From: Candidatus Woesearchaeota archaeon
GTDB lineage: Archaea; Nanobdellota; Nanobdellia; SCGC-AAA011-G17; JACPIM01
Assembly (NCBI GenBank): GCA_964584825.1
Contig: CAZPBI010000004.1
Coordinates: forward strand, 1 to 37,173
Length of the DNA stretch: 37,173 bases
Reading direction: 5' to 3'
Positions 1 through 8,712 of this stretch are shown here, piece by piece. Position 1 is the first letter of the stretch. Each line of letters opens with the position of its first letter. The notes below the pieces were generated by a model. It saw only the letters and a program-made list of their open reading frames with translations. It did no database searches and was not told the DNA's origin. The translations under genes were made by a program, and so were the position numbers.

Positions 1-170
1 ATAATCAATATTCGCATCAAGCCTTCCGCCCCCGCACCAGAATATCCCGTTGCAATCTTTATCCGAAACATTGAAATCAATCCTGTAATTTCCATCCCTA
101 ACTCCAATAATTTCCCCGCCATTGGGTCTTACTATATTCACATCAACAACTTGGTTTGAAGGAGGGATAG
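1..170 (-). repeat. Edge-truncated copy of the ~145-aa repeat domain shared with 1405..1835 and 4636..5520
   Basis: Reverse translation of nt 180-1 reads YPISIPPSNQVVDVNIVRPNGGEIIGVRDGNYRIDFNVSDKDCNGIFWCGGGRLDANIDY. This is colinear with PSNNPIDANTVKIDGNPDN...DGNLTIDFNVFDLDYNGSFWGIGRFDANIEA in 3233..8368. Confidence 0.7.
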
Positions 171-3018
171 AAATAGGGTATCCTAAATTATTCATATCAT
201 ATCTTACATTATAAAGGGAGGCTGTGCCTTCTGTCCACACATAGTCAAGATAATTATGTGTGGAAGTTGAGAGCGTCTGGCTTCTTATTCTAAGATTAGG
301 ATAATGGTTGCCCCTGTTATTATTTGTTATTGGATTGAAATTTGCATCCCATACACCTCCTGAAGTTCTTTTCTTATAAGCAATGTCGCCATTCCCGTGC
401 AATGAATTCGTATCCCAAAAAACATAAATATTATTGTCGGAAGTGTAAGCAATGCTTGCCCATTTATCATCATTTCCTGCTGAATTACTTATATTAATAT
501 CGGCTTCCCAAGCCGCTGAAACTCCACATGAGTTTGCACAGCGTTTATATATTATTTCATAATCCCTTTTTTTTCTGTTACCGTCAGTATTTTGTTGCCA
601 GGCAATATTAAGAGCATCACTATTATCAATGGCAATAACAGGATAGTCAATTGCTGTAGATTGAATCCCATCATTATTATTGAAATCTCCAGATACATTT
701 GTGTCTGTGTGCCAGTTTGCAGTTTGCGAGCAGTTCTTGTCAAGGTTGCACCAGTCATACATTATCTGGCTGGTAAATTGTAAACTTCTGGAGAAAACAA
801 CATGAAGATTTTTATCGCCTGATATTGCAGATGCATTATTCTTAACATCAAATGTGCCACTAATTATTATCGGGACTTCCCAGTTGACATTCCTATCACA
901 GTCTGCGTTTCCTGCACATTTTGTGTAAGTTAATGAGCTATCAAAAGTATTAACATGGAAAATATGAATATTGTCATCATTGTCTATATTCATGGATTGC
1001 GGGACAGGCGACAAGGGACTAAAGTCTACAATCTTTAGCAGAGTTGGCAGGCTCCAGTTCGCTTTTACATTGCAATCTATATGGCATGACACAAAATAAA
1101 CTCTCGGTATATTCTGCGGGTTATCCGCCACATAAGAAACAAGAAGCCCACCATTGCTGTTAATGTCTATTGATGGCATTTGGGCATTTTTTCTTGGCTC
1201 GCCAGCTCCTATGAAGGGATTAAAGCCCGTAATATCAATCGGTGCAGTCCATGTAGCTCCATTATCATCACTTTGCGTGAAGAAAACATTGTTGTCAGTA
1301 TAAACAACATACAGCCTATTGCCGTCCCTGTTCCTGATTATTTTTCTCTGATTGCCATAGGCTGTTGATAGGGCACTTGTAGAGCGGGCAGCAGGCAAAA
1401 CATTATCTATTCTGAAATTATAATCACTGGAATTTCTATCTGTTACTATGCTGTCAGTTACATTAATATCAATAAAAACATTTCTGTCGGTAATAAGGGC
1501 AATATTCCAGTCCCAATGGCAAGTAGTTCCAATGTTTTTATCTTTATTTGAAAAATTCAAATCATCGCAATATCTTCCTTTGTTGCTCCCAACAGAAGCT
1601 CTTGCCATTAAATTAAGGTCGGTAATAATCCTGAAGGAATTCCCATTAACATCCCTCGCATCAATATTCGCATCCAGACCTCCAGAACCAAAAAACACCC
1701 CATTATAATCATCATATACATTGAAATCAATCGTAATATTGCCATCAGCATAATAATCAAAAATAGGCAGGGCTTTATTATCATCATAGCTGTCTATTTT
1801 TACAACATTCACATCAGGCGGTGCATTGATTTTTATCTGCCGTATTGTTGAATAGCATGGCGCAGCCGCCCTGCATCCTGTTGTGTTATTGCTATCCACT
1901 TTACAACGCACATATCTTGTTCCTGCAGAATTTCCAGTAAGAGTCCAGTTCAAATCCACATTTGTAGTTGAAGTTGAAATCGGATTTGCATCGCCCTGAA
2001 TTATTGTAAGAACCTGGTTGCTCTGGTTTGTTGTCATATTCTGTAATGCTGTGCAGGCTGTATTGTTGCAGTCCTCCAAACTGCCGACATAATCGCCTGC
2101 CCCACCTGTTCCGCCAATAGTAACAAAGCAGTCTGCCGAAATGTTTGTGTTCAAATCATAGGAAGCATTGATGTCGGGGTGCATTAGGGTAACAGCAGTC
2201 GGGACTTTTGCATCTTTCCACCAGAGATTGTATTTAATGGTTGTATTTTTTAAAACAACTCCAAATAGGATTTTTAAATCAACAGGAGAAAATAGTTGCC
2301 CAGCTTCTGGCTGTGCAATAATTATAGGATTTGCAATATAATTAACATCATCTTTAACAAAAATACTATCAAACCACAATATCATATCATTCTGAGCAAC
2401 AATATCAAAAATTCTAAACCTATTTACATCTAAATTATTTGCTGCTAAATTTAAATTATTCAAATCATAACCCTTCTCTCCATCCTTCCAATAAGTGAGC
2501 CAATCCCCATTTTTATCAAGAGCAATATTAATATCTGTTGTTTTATAAAAAAGATTAAAATCACAATTATATGAAGTTCTATTTCTAATTAAAGGTTGTA
2601 TGAAAATTCTATTTTGGTCTGGACTATCTAAAGCATATAAAATATTAAAATCAATATAATTGCTACCTATTGGATTTATTGTAGTATAAGCAGTAAGGTG
2701 GGAGTATGTTAAATTGTCAGTATCTTCAAGCCAATTCCAAGCCATGCTATCTACACATTTTTTTGGAATTGTAAAACCACCACATTTCAATTCATAACAT
2801 ACTTCCATATTTGCTTGGTGTTGAGAAGGTGTGTTTGAAATTTGAAATCCTTGTTTTGCAATCCAATAGTTAGCATCGTTGTTGAAAACTCTATAATAAT
2901 TAGAATCTGAATTGTCAATTCCAATTCCAGCCAAAACTAAAGTAGTCAGAAATACCAGAATAATTACTAAAAGCAGTTTTGCACTTTTCAATTGTGCTTT
3001 TGTTTTTCCATCCCACAT
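1..3018 (-). CDS. Giant secreted surface protein, N-terminal ~1006 codons (ORF runs off the left window edge; absent from the ORF track, which omits edge-truncated ORFs)
   Basis: ATG at 3018-3016. N-terminus MWDGKTKAQLKSAKLLLVIILVFLTTLVLAG is a signal/anchor helix. I walked the frame from nt 1 to ~1380 and over the first ~90 codons without a stop, and the track lists no closed ORF in this frame. It has the same modules as 3233..8368: blades such as RCANSCGVSAAWEADINIS ... NIYVFWDT, and the domain DGNITIDFNVYDDYNGVFFGSGGLDANIDARD...TTCHWDWNIALITDRNVFIDINVTD. Confidence 0.8.
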   Translation of the reverse strand, partial: MWDGKTKAQLKSAKLLLVIILVFLTTLVLAGIGIDNSDSNYYRVFNNDANYWIAKQGFQISNTPSQHQANMEVCYELKCGGFTIPKKCVDSMAWNWLEDTDNLTYSHLTAYTTINPIGSNYIDFNILYALDSPDQNRIFIQPLIRNRTSYNCDFNLFYKTTDINIALDKNGDWLTYWKDGEKGYDLNNLNLAANNLDVNRFRIFDIVAQNDMILWFDSIFVKDDVNYIANPIIIAQPEAGQLFSPVDLKILFGVVLKNTTIKYNLWWKDAKVPTAVTLMHPDINASYDLNTNISADCFVTIGGTGGAGDYVGSLEDCNNTACTALQNMTTNQSNQVLTIIQGDANPISTSTTNVDLNWTLTGNSAGTRYVRCKVDSNNTTGCRAAAPCYSTIRQIKINAPPDVNVVKIDSYDDNKALPIFDYYADGNITIDFNVYDDYNGVFFGSGGLDANIDARDVNGNSFRIITDLNLMARASVGSNKGRYCDDLNFSNKDKNIGTTCHWDWNIALITDRNVFIDINVTDSIVTDRNSSDYNFRIDNVLPAARSTSALSTAYGNQRKIIRNRDGNRLYVVYTDNNVFFTQSDDNGATWTAPIDITGFNPFIGAGEPRKNAQMPSIDINSNGGLLVSYVADNPQNIPRVYFVSCHIDCNVKANWSLPTLLKIVDFSPLSPVPQSMNIDNDDNIHIFHVNTFDSSLTYTKCAGNADCDRNVNWEVPIIISGTFDVKNNASAISGDKNLHVVFSRSLQFTSQIMYDWCNLDKNCSQTANWHTDTNVSGDFNNNDGIQSTAIDYPVIAIDNSDALNIAWQQNTDGNRKKRDYEIIYKRCANSCGVSAAWEADINISNSAGNDDKWASIAYTSDNNIYVFWDTNSLHGNGDIAYKKRTSGGVWDANFNPITNNNRGNHYPNLRIRSQTLSTSTHNYLDYVWTEGTASLYNVRYDMNNLGYPISIPPSNQVVDVNIVRPNGGEIIGVRDGNYRIDFNVSDKDCNGIFWCGGGRLDANIDY
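1405..1835 (-). repeat. Complete copy of the ~145-aa repeat domain inside the truncated giant gene
   Basis: It translates to INAPPDVNVVKIDSYDDNKALPIFDYYADGNITIDFNVYDDYNGVFFGSGGLDANIDARDVNGNSFRIITDLNL...RYCDDLNFSNKDKNIGTTCHWDWNIALITDRNVFIDINVTD...SSDYNFRIDN. Nucleotide similarity to 5092..5520 is visible (e.g. gttacattaatatcaataaa...ccaatcccaatg). Confidence 0.75.
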
Positions 3019-3026
3019 CAAATCCC

Positions 3027-3116
3027 TCACAAAATTCCTAATAGCTTTAAAATAACAAAAATCAAAATTAAAAACATTAAAACAAAAACTAAATGTTCAG
3101 CAATTTTATCTATCAT
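3027..3116 (-). CDS. 29-aa single-pass membrane peptide (below ORF-track cutoff)
   Basis: MIDKIAEHLVFVLMFLILIFVILKLLGIL. The ATG overlaps the end of the 41-aa ORF, and the stop lies 8 nt before ATG 3018. It fits the tight operon spacing, but there is no other support. Confidence 0.3.
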   Translation of the reverse strand: MIDKIAEHLVFVLMFLILIFVILKLLGIL

Positions 3117-3231
3117 TTAATTTTCCTTTTTTAATTTTCTCATTGATTTCCCACCAAGTCATTTCGTCACATGAAAAATCATCACTTAATCCTTTAGTAT
3201 AAAACTTTTTTTCAAACTTTGTAAGTTTCAT
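3106..3231 (-). CDS. 41-aa hypothetical protein (below ORF-track cutoff)
   Basis: MKLTKFEKKFYTKGLSDDFSCDEMTWWEINEKIKKGKLNDR. The ATG lies 1 nt after the stop of 3233..8368. It fills an otherwise empty gap in the operon. Confidence 0.3.
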   Translation of the reverse strand: MKLTKFEKKFYTKGLSDDFSCDEMTWWEINEKIKKGKLNDR

Positions 3232-3232
3232 T

Positions 3233-6200
3233 TCACCATAACCCAATTAATTTAGTAATAATTCCTCCAGCAAAAGAAAATATTGCAAGCCAGCCAAGAG
3301 TTATGGTTTTCCCTATTCCAGGAATCTCTTGTGAAAGAGGAATAATTGGCATATTAGCTAATGATACAAATATATTTTCTTCTTGTCCTGAAAGTGTCAG
3401 CTTCTCATATATCAACTCCTGCTTGTTGTTAAGATTCAGCTCAATGTAGCCCTCTATTTTTTTCTCAATTTTTGTTGATGAATAAACTTCAAACTCCAAC
3501 TTTGTTGCTTTTTCTACTCCTACAACCTTTACATCACTAACTAATTTTACATAAGGTTGTAGTTGCTTGTCTATTGTCACAGTGAGTGGAATTTCTTTAC
3601 GAGTTTTGTTTGAAAGTGTAATTGTGTATAATTTTTTCTCTCCTGGAACAACATACAATACTTTTGTACTTACTAAATCCTCAACTAATTTTGGAGTCAA
3701 AACAACCTGATTATCACTTATAACAACCTTTTCTTCTCCTCCACCACCTTCAATTGTTTTTTCAATTGCTACTTCCCTACTAACCAATTGTGAAGAACCA
3801 ACACTGTTTAAGAAATTTGTTAAATCTGTAGAGTTAATTGGAATTTGATTTTGAATCTGTAAATTAGCCAATAAAGCATCAAATTCTGATTGTGTATAAA
3901 TTTTATTCACAGCAGCAAAACTATTTACAATTGTTGAAATTGTAGAAAGTTGTGCTTCTGTATAAACTTGTGTTAATGGTTGAGTAGTAGTAATTATTGC
4001 TCCTTCTCCTGCTCCACCTCCACCTCCTGTGCTACCTGCAGAAACACTTGCTCCAGATGAAAAGGTTATAATAAATGAATTATAATCAAATCTATTTCCT
4101 GCTAAATCATAAACTGCAAAATCTACTTTTATTGTGTCACCTCCTACTTCATTTGTATCAACAATTCCACAGCTTTTATCTACTGGAGTTAAAACCTCTC
4201 TTTGATTCTCTTTATAGAAAATATCATTCTTATAAACATTAAAATCACAATAATCTAATTTACTTAAATCATCATCAATACTTAGAGAGATGTTTATTGA
4301 AGTTGCATTCTCATCAGAAGTTGGAATTGCAGAAGTAGCATATGGTAAATTACTATCACTAAAAACATATTGTGTATTTGTATCTTCAATATTTCCTGCT
4401 CTGTCTACAGAGTTAAAATCAACTCTCCAATTGCCATCGTTCTTAACACTAAATGCTGAGGAATAAGTAATCCAAGAACCCATGCTATCATCATTCAAAT
4501 CATTTGTATCTATCCTATATCTTGTTGTATCGCAGCCACTATTATTATCACTGCAAGTTAATCTTACCAATACATTATTTTTCTGCCACAAATAATTAAA
4601 ATCAACAGAAGTAGTTGTTGGTTTAGTATTGTCAATTCCGAAATTAAAATCGCTTGAATTGGTGTCTGTTGAACCATTATTGTCTGTTACATTAATGTCG
4701 ATAAATACATTCCTGTCTGTAACATAAACAATATTCCAATCAAAATGGCAGGTTGTTCCATATTTGTTGTTGTCTTTTATCCCTGCAAAATTCAAATCAT
4801 CACAATATAATCCTGCATTACTACCAATACTCTTGCTTCTTGTTAAATTCAAATCTGTAATAATTCTTGTTGTCAATCCATTCATATCTCTAAATGCAAT
4901 ATTTGCATCTAATCTTCCAACACCCCAAAAACTTCCATTATAATCTAAATCAAAAACATTGAAATCTATCGTAAGATTTCCATCTCTGAAATATGAATAA
5001 TAATTTAATGGTTGGTTGTCAGAATTTCCATCTATTTTTATTGTATTAGAATCAATTGGATTGTTTGAAGGTGCAGAAATAGTTGGATTAACTCTGAAAT
5101 TATAATCGCTTGAATTAGTGTCAGTACTTCCATTATTATCTGTTACATTAATATCAATAAATATATTTCTATCTGTAATTAATGCAATGTTCCAATCCCA
5201 ATGACATGTTGTTCCATATTTGTTATTGTCCTTAATTCCTGCAAAATTCAAATCATTACATCTTCCACTAACCATCAAATTCAAATCAGTGATTATCCTG
5301 AAAGGAGTGCCATTTGTGTCTCTTGCTTCAATATTTGCATCAAATCTTCCTATTCCCCAGAATGAACCATTATAATCTAAATCAAATACATTGAAATCAA
5401 TTGTTAAGTTTCCATCAGTTCCATAGGTAAAACTTGGCAACGCAACATTGTCAGGATTACCGTCTATTTTTACAGTGTTAGCATCTATTGGATTGTTTGA
5501 GGGTGTAGAAACTGCTGTAAATGTTCCTAATAATCTAGTATTGAAACCAACAGTATATATTGGCTCTCTTACATAAACAAAACTTAATTTTTGTAAATTA
5601 CTTTTTGCATTAGTATCTCTTGGTGCTTGAACACCTCTTCCAAAAATATTATTTGTGTCGTATTTCATTGTTGCATTATTATCCCAAGTTCCTCCACTTG
5701 TTCTTTTTCTATAAAATACTTGATAATTACCATCACTTCTTGAATTGTTATCATACCATAACACATATACATTATTATCATAATCATGAGTTATTGTTGG
5801 TTCTCTTGCAGTTTTTCCAGAATTTCCAGCAGATATATTTAAATCATTTGCACTCCAATTACCTATAACTCCGCAATTGTTTGAACAATTTTTATAAAAT
5901 ATTTGAGTATCTGCCATACTGTTATCATCATGCCAAACAACATGAGATTTATCATCATTAGAAATTGTAATTTGCGGGAATGCAGAAGCTCCAGAATTAT
6001 TAGAAATATTTAATGTTTGCCAATTTGATAAATTTCCATTACAATCTTTTGAACATTCAGCGTAATTCAAATCACTGCCAGCTCCTCCTATTGACCATAT
6101 TAGTTTAATTCCACTAGTTGAATTTACATCTATATCATACTGTCCACTACTTGTAGCAGTAAATTTAGTTAAACCTTCTGAACCATCAAAATTCCAATCA

Positions 6201-8368
6201 AGCCCTTTTGAAATCATTGTGTATGTTAAATTACCTGCTTGATTGACCCAAGCAACATGTGCATTATTATCACTACTAATTTTAATTATTGGATATTCAT
6301 GGTTAGTTTGGTCTGTTTCTTTTCTTGAAACATTTGCATCTGCGCTCCAATTACTATAAGTTGTATTACAATCAACTGTTGTAGTACGAGAACAAGTTTT
6401 TAATACTATTTGTCTGTTTCCTGAAGGACCGGAGAATCCCCAGAAATATGCTACCCATATACCACCTGTAGAATTTATATCTATAACTGGGTCACGAGGA
6501 TTTCCAGTCATTGTATTTGGTTGCCCTGCTGCAATATTCAATACTAATGGAGAACTCCAATTTAAACCATTATCGTCACTCTGTGCAAATAAAACATTAA
6601 AATCTTCTTCCCATACTACAAATAATTTATCTGTTATTGAATCTCTAACAATTTTTCTTCCATACTGAAGAGCACCATTAGTTTTAGTATTATCTCTAAT
6701 TATTGAATTTATTTCTGTAGTAGCAGGAGCATTTGCTGTACCTAAATTGTTAGTATCAAAAAACACTCCAGCACTATTTACATCTATATAATCAATAATA
6801 TTCAATCCATTTAATCCTCCTATTTTTCTTCTAACGTTTATATAATTAGGATTTACAGAAGAAGGAGAAGATAATAGCATATAATTACTATCCCAACCCG
6901 TTGCAGAATTTCTTCTCTTATAAAAAATACGATATGTACTTGCATTATTTTTATCACTCCATACTACATGTATTACTTTATTATTATCAATTACAAAAGA
7001 GGGATATATACTTTCATCAGCTGTTGCACTTACATTCCAATCTTTCCAATTTCCAATTACAGAACAATTGTTTAAACACATTCTATGCATTATATCATTA
7101 GTTGATAAACCTAAACTGTCTTTTTCTTGTTTTGAATAAATTAAATTCCAATTACCATCAGGAGAACCTATTACTGTACTATATTGAGTATTTGCTCCAT
7201 TAACATCTGTCATGTTCAAATCAATCCAATTACTTGCACTTGCATTACAGTCTTTTGAACATTCTGCAAAATGCAAATTTCCATATGGTGTGTTATCTGA
7301 CCATGTAATTGCTTTTCCTCCTGAAGAATTTATATCAATAAATGGATTTCTAACCTCAGCATTTATAGAAATAGAAATAACAACAGCTGTAGAACAAAAT
7401 TGACCAGTGTTAGTACATTGTGAATATTTAATTTGTCTTCCGTCATACCAAGCAATATGAATATTATTATCTGTATCAACTATTACACTTGGATTACCTG
7501 CAGTGCTTGTATTTGTAAAATTATTGCTTACTAACCAATTTGAAGTTGAAGCATTGCAATCTTTTGAACAAGTTCTAATATTTACATCATTACTTCCTAC
7601 TGCTACTACCCATCCTCCTGTAGAATTTACATCAATTGAAGGATTTAATGCTCCTATTAAATTTAAATCGCTCCAAACATTTCCGTCTTGACTTAAACTA
7701 AAAATTGTTTTTGTTCCTTCATCCCAAACTACAGCAATATTTCCATCTGTAAGTGAACGAGCAACTTTGCTTCTTGGTTCTTTAGTTGAGGTAGAAGTAA
7801 AAGAAGCAGAAATAAATGGGTCTAAATCAATTTCAGAATTACTATCAGGAATTGAAACAATAACTTGAATGTTGGTATCAGAAAACTTCAGAATTGAAAC
7901 AGAAAAACCATTACTGTCAATATCAGAAAAATCCATTATTGTATTTGAGAAAGATATTTTTAACCCTTTTATAGTTATTATATCATCAGTTTTTATTTCA
8001 TATATAAAACTTTTCAAATGTCCTGTAGAAGGCTCTGTAAATTTATGTCCCCATTTACTGTAAGTTGAATAATTATTTAAATCTGTAAATTTTCCAGTCA
8101 TTCCTGCCCATGCTTTAATATTTCCTGGAATTGAACTGAAAATATAGTTGTAGTCTATTCCTGATAAACTATAAGTTATTGCATAATTTATATTTGCATC
8201 TTTACTTTTCAGCATATATTTTATATCAATCCAACCATTCATATCTGCTACATTAACATCTTGACCATAGGCATTACCTTTAGAAATTGTTTTAGCTTCT
8301 GTAAAGTTAAACATAAATAAAAAAGAGATAAAAAGCACAGCTATTAACAAATAATCAAAATATTTCAT
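3233..8368 (-). CDS. Giant (1711 aa) C-terminally anchored surface protein: BNR/sialidase-like beta-propeller, 2 tandem repeat domains, Ig-like domains, stalk
   Basis: ATG 8368 with AAGGTGAG SD and an ATGA overlap with the upstream gene. Signal peptide MKYFDYLLIAVLFISFLFMFNFTEA; C-terminal hydrophobic anchor LGWLAIFSFAGGIITKLIGLW. Residues ~190-930 form about 8 blades with strands NIHIAWYDG, VIHVVWSDKNN, SHVVWHDDN, NVYVLWYDNN and C-x3-C...NW loops (CSKDCNASTSNW, CSKDCNASASNW, CLNNCSVIGNW, CSKDCNGNLSNW, CSNNCGVIGNW), plus one canonical Asp-box (SDDNGLNW). These are followed by two ~145-aa tandem domains, two Ig-like domains with a D-x-AGN motif (SVDRAGNIED, VYDLAGNRFD) and a Gly-rich linker GSTGGGGGAGEGA. 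There are many N-x-S/T sequons. Confidence 0.9.
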   Translation of the reverse strand: MKYFDYLLIAVLFISFLFMFNFTEAKTISKGNAYGQDVNVADMNGWIDIKYMLKSKDANINYAITYSLSGIDYNYIFSSIPGNIKAWAGMTGKFTDLNNYSTYSKWGHKFTEPSTGHLKSFIYEIKTDDIITIKGLKISFSNTIMDFSDIDSNGFSVSILKFSDTNIQVIVSIPDSNSEIDLDPFISASFTSTSTKEPRSKVARSLTDGNIAVVWDEGTKTIFSLSQDGNVWSDLNLIGALNPSIDVNSTGGWVVAVGSNDVNIRTCSKDCNASTSNWLVSNNFTNTSTAGNPSVIVDTDNNIHIAWYDGRQIKYSQCTNTGQFCSTAVVISISINAEVRNPFIDINSSGGKAITWSDNTPYGNLHFAECSKDCNASASNWIDLNMTDVNGANTQYSTVIGSPDGNWNLIYSKQEKDSLGLSTNDIMHRMCLNNCSVIGNWKDWNVSATADESIYPSFVIDNNKVIHVVWSDKNNASTYRIFYKRRNSATGWDSNYMLLSSPSSVNPNYINVRRKIGGLNGLNIIDYIDVNSAGVFFDTNNLGTANAPATTEINSIIRDNTKTNGALQYGRKIVRDSITDKLFVVWEEDFNVLFAQSDDNGLNWSSPLVLNIAAGQPNTMTGNPRDPVIDINSTGGIWVAYFWGFSGPSGNRQIVLKTCSRTTTVDCNTTYSNWSADANVSRKETDQTNHEYPIIKISSDNNAHVAWVNQAGNLTYTMISKGLDWNFDGSEGLTKFTATSSGQYDIDVNSTSGIKLIWSIGGAGSDLNYAECSKDCNGNLSNWQTLNISNNSGASAFPQITISNDDKSHVVWHDDNSMADTQIFYKNCSNNCGVIGNWSANDLNISAGNSGKTAREPTITHDYDNNVYVLWYDNNSRSDGNYQVFYRKRTSGGTWDNNATMKYDTNNIFGRGVQAPRDTNAKSNLQKLSFVYVREPIYTVGFNTRLLGTFTAVSTPSNNPIDANTVKIDGNPDNVALPSFTYGTDGNLTIDFNVFDLDYNGSFWGIGRFDANIEARDTNGTPFRIITDLNLMVSGRCNDLNFAGIKDNNKYGTTCHWDWNIALITDRNIFIDINVTDNNGSTDTNSSDYNFRVNPTISAPSNNPIDSNTIKIDGNSDNQPLNYYSYFRDGNLTIDFNVFDLDYNGSFWGVGRLDANIAFRDMNGLTTRIITDLNLTRSKSIGSNAGLYCDDLNFAGIKDNNKYGTTCHFDWNIVYVTDRNVFIDINVTDNNGSTDTNSSDFNFGIDNTKPTTTSVDFNYLWQKNNVLVRLTCSDNNSGCDTTRYRIDTNDLNDDSMGSWITYSSAFSVKNDGNWRVDFNSVDRAGNIEDTNTQYVFSDSNLPYATSAIPTSDENATSINISLSIDDDLSKLDYCDFNVYKNDIFYKENQREVLTPVDKSCGIVDTNEVGGDTIKVDFAVYDLAGNRFDYNSFIITFSSGASVSAGSTGGGGGAGEGAIITTTQPLTQVYTEAQLSTISTIVNSFAAVNKIYTQSEFDALLANLQIQNQIPINSTDLTNFLNSVGSSQLVSREVAIEKTIEGGGGEEKVVISDNQVVLTPKLVEDLVSTKVLYVVPGEKKLYTITLSNKTRKEIPLTVTIDKQLQPYVKLVSDVKVVGVEKATKLEFEVYSSTKIEKKIEGYIELNLNNKQELIYEKLTLSGQEENIFVSLANMPIIPLSQEIPGIGKTITLGWLAIFSFAGGIITKLIGLW
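4636..5520 (-). repeat. Tandem in-frame duplication (period ~456 nt) encoding two ~145-aa domains
   Basis: Copy A is about 5092..5520 and copy B about 4636..5091. Proteins: SNNPIDANTVKIDGNPDN...NLTIDFNVFDLDYNGSFWGIGRFDANIEARD...GTTCHWDWNIALITDRNIFIDINVTDNNGSTDTNSSDYNF versus SNNPIDSNTIKIDGNSDN...NLTIDFNVFDLDYNGSFWGVGRLDANIAFRD...GTTCHFDWNIVYVTDRNVFIDINVTDNNGSTDTNSSDFNF. Confidence 0.9.
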
Positions 8369-8682
8369 CTTCTCACCTTAATACATTTTTTAATAGTATA
8401 AAAACTCATACTTGCCCACACTGCTGCAGCTAAAATTCCAGCAATAGATGCTTTAGTTTCATCTGAAGAAATATCATTATGATTACCATAAACTGCAAAT
8501 GCTTTATTAGAATTAATTTCTATACATACTTTTGTTACAGAAGTAGCAAAATATGCATGATAAGATTCATGTACTGCAAGAAATACCATTGTAGAGCTTA
8601 ATGCAGTCATGACTATTAATATCATTATATGAAAATTCAATAACAATCCCCTCTTTTTTCTTCCACAACTGATTCCCCTCAC
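8365..8682 (-). CDS. Small membrane protein with HExxH motif (putative membrane-embedded zinc metallopeptidase)
   Basis: The tracked start is GTG 8682; ATG 8625 (MILIVMTALSS...) is more likely. A TM helix runs straight into LAVHESYHAYF (HExxH), and there is a second hydrophobic helix IAGILAAAVWASMSFY. The stop overlaps the ATG of the giant gene (ATGA). Confidence 0.55.
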   Translation of the reverse strand: MRGISCGRKKRGLLLNFHIMILIVMTALSSTMVFLAVHESYHAYFATSVTKVCIEINSNKAFAVYGNHNDISSDETKASIAGILAAAVWASMSFYTIKKCIKVRR

Positions 8683-8712
8683 ACTATTATATTATATAAT
8701 ATATATTTTTCT

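Noticed and set aside
569-580. T8/A8 homopolymer inside the truncated giant gene (and similar runs elsewhere) as a slipped-strand phase-variation switch
   Set aside because: Runs of 7-9 A/T are frequent throughout this AT-rich window, in both coding and non-coding DNA. Without population data there is no evidence for length variation.
3233-3330. PGF-CTERM/archaeosortase-type sorting signal at the C-terminus of the giant protein (sequence IPGIGK...TM)
   Set aside because: The motif is PGI, not PGF, and it lies before a Lys rather than directly entering the helix. The tail lacks the terminal basic cluster. The nearby polytopic protein 11769..12644 has no Cys and so is not an archaeosortase.
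4636-5520. Diversity-generating retroelement (template/variable repeat) as an explanation for the tandem 456-nt repeats
   Set aside because: There is no reverse transcriptase in the window. The differences between the copies are of all substitution types plus indels, not adenine-specific.
5620-8063. Plus-strand ORFs of 62-82 aa (5620..5868, 6901..7101, 7212..7403, 7503..7691, 7869..8063) inside the giant minus-strand gene
   Set aside because: They are antisense to a 1711-aa ORF with clear domain structure. Their products are low-complexity (H/Y/L/F-rich) and lack an SD. Such ORFs are expected by chance in AT-rich DNA.
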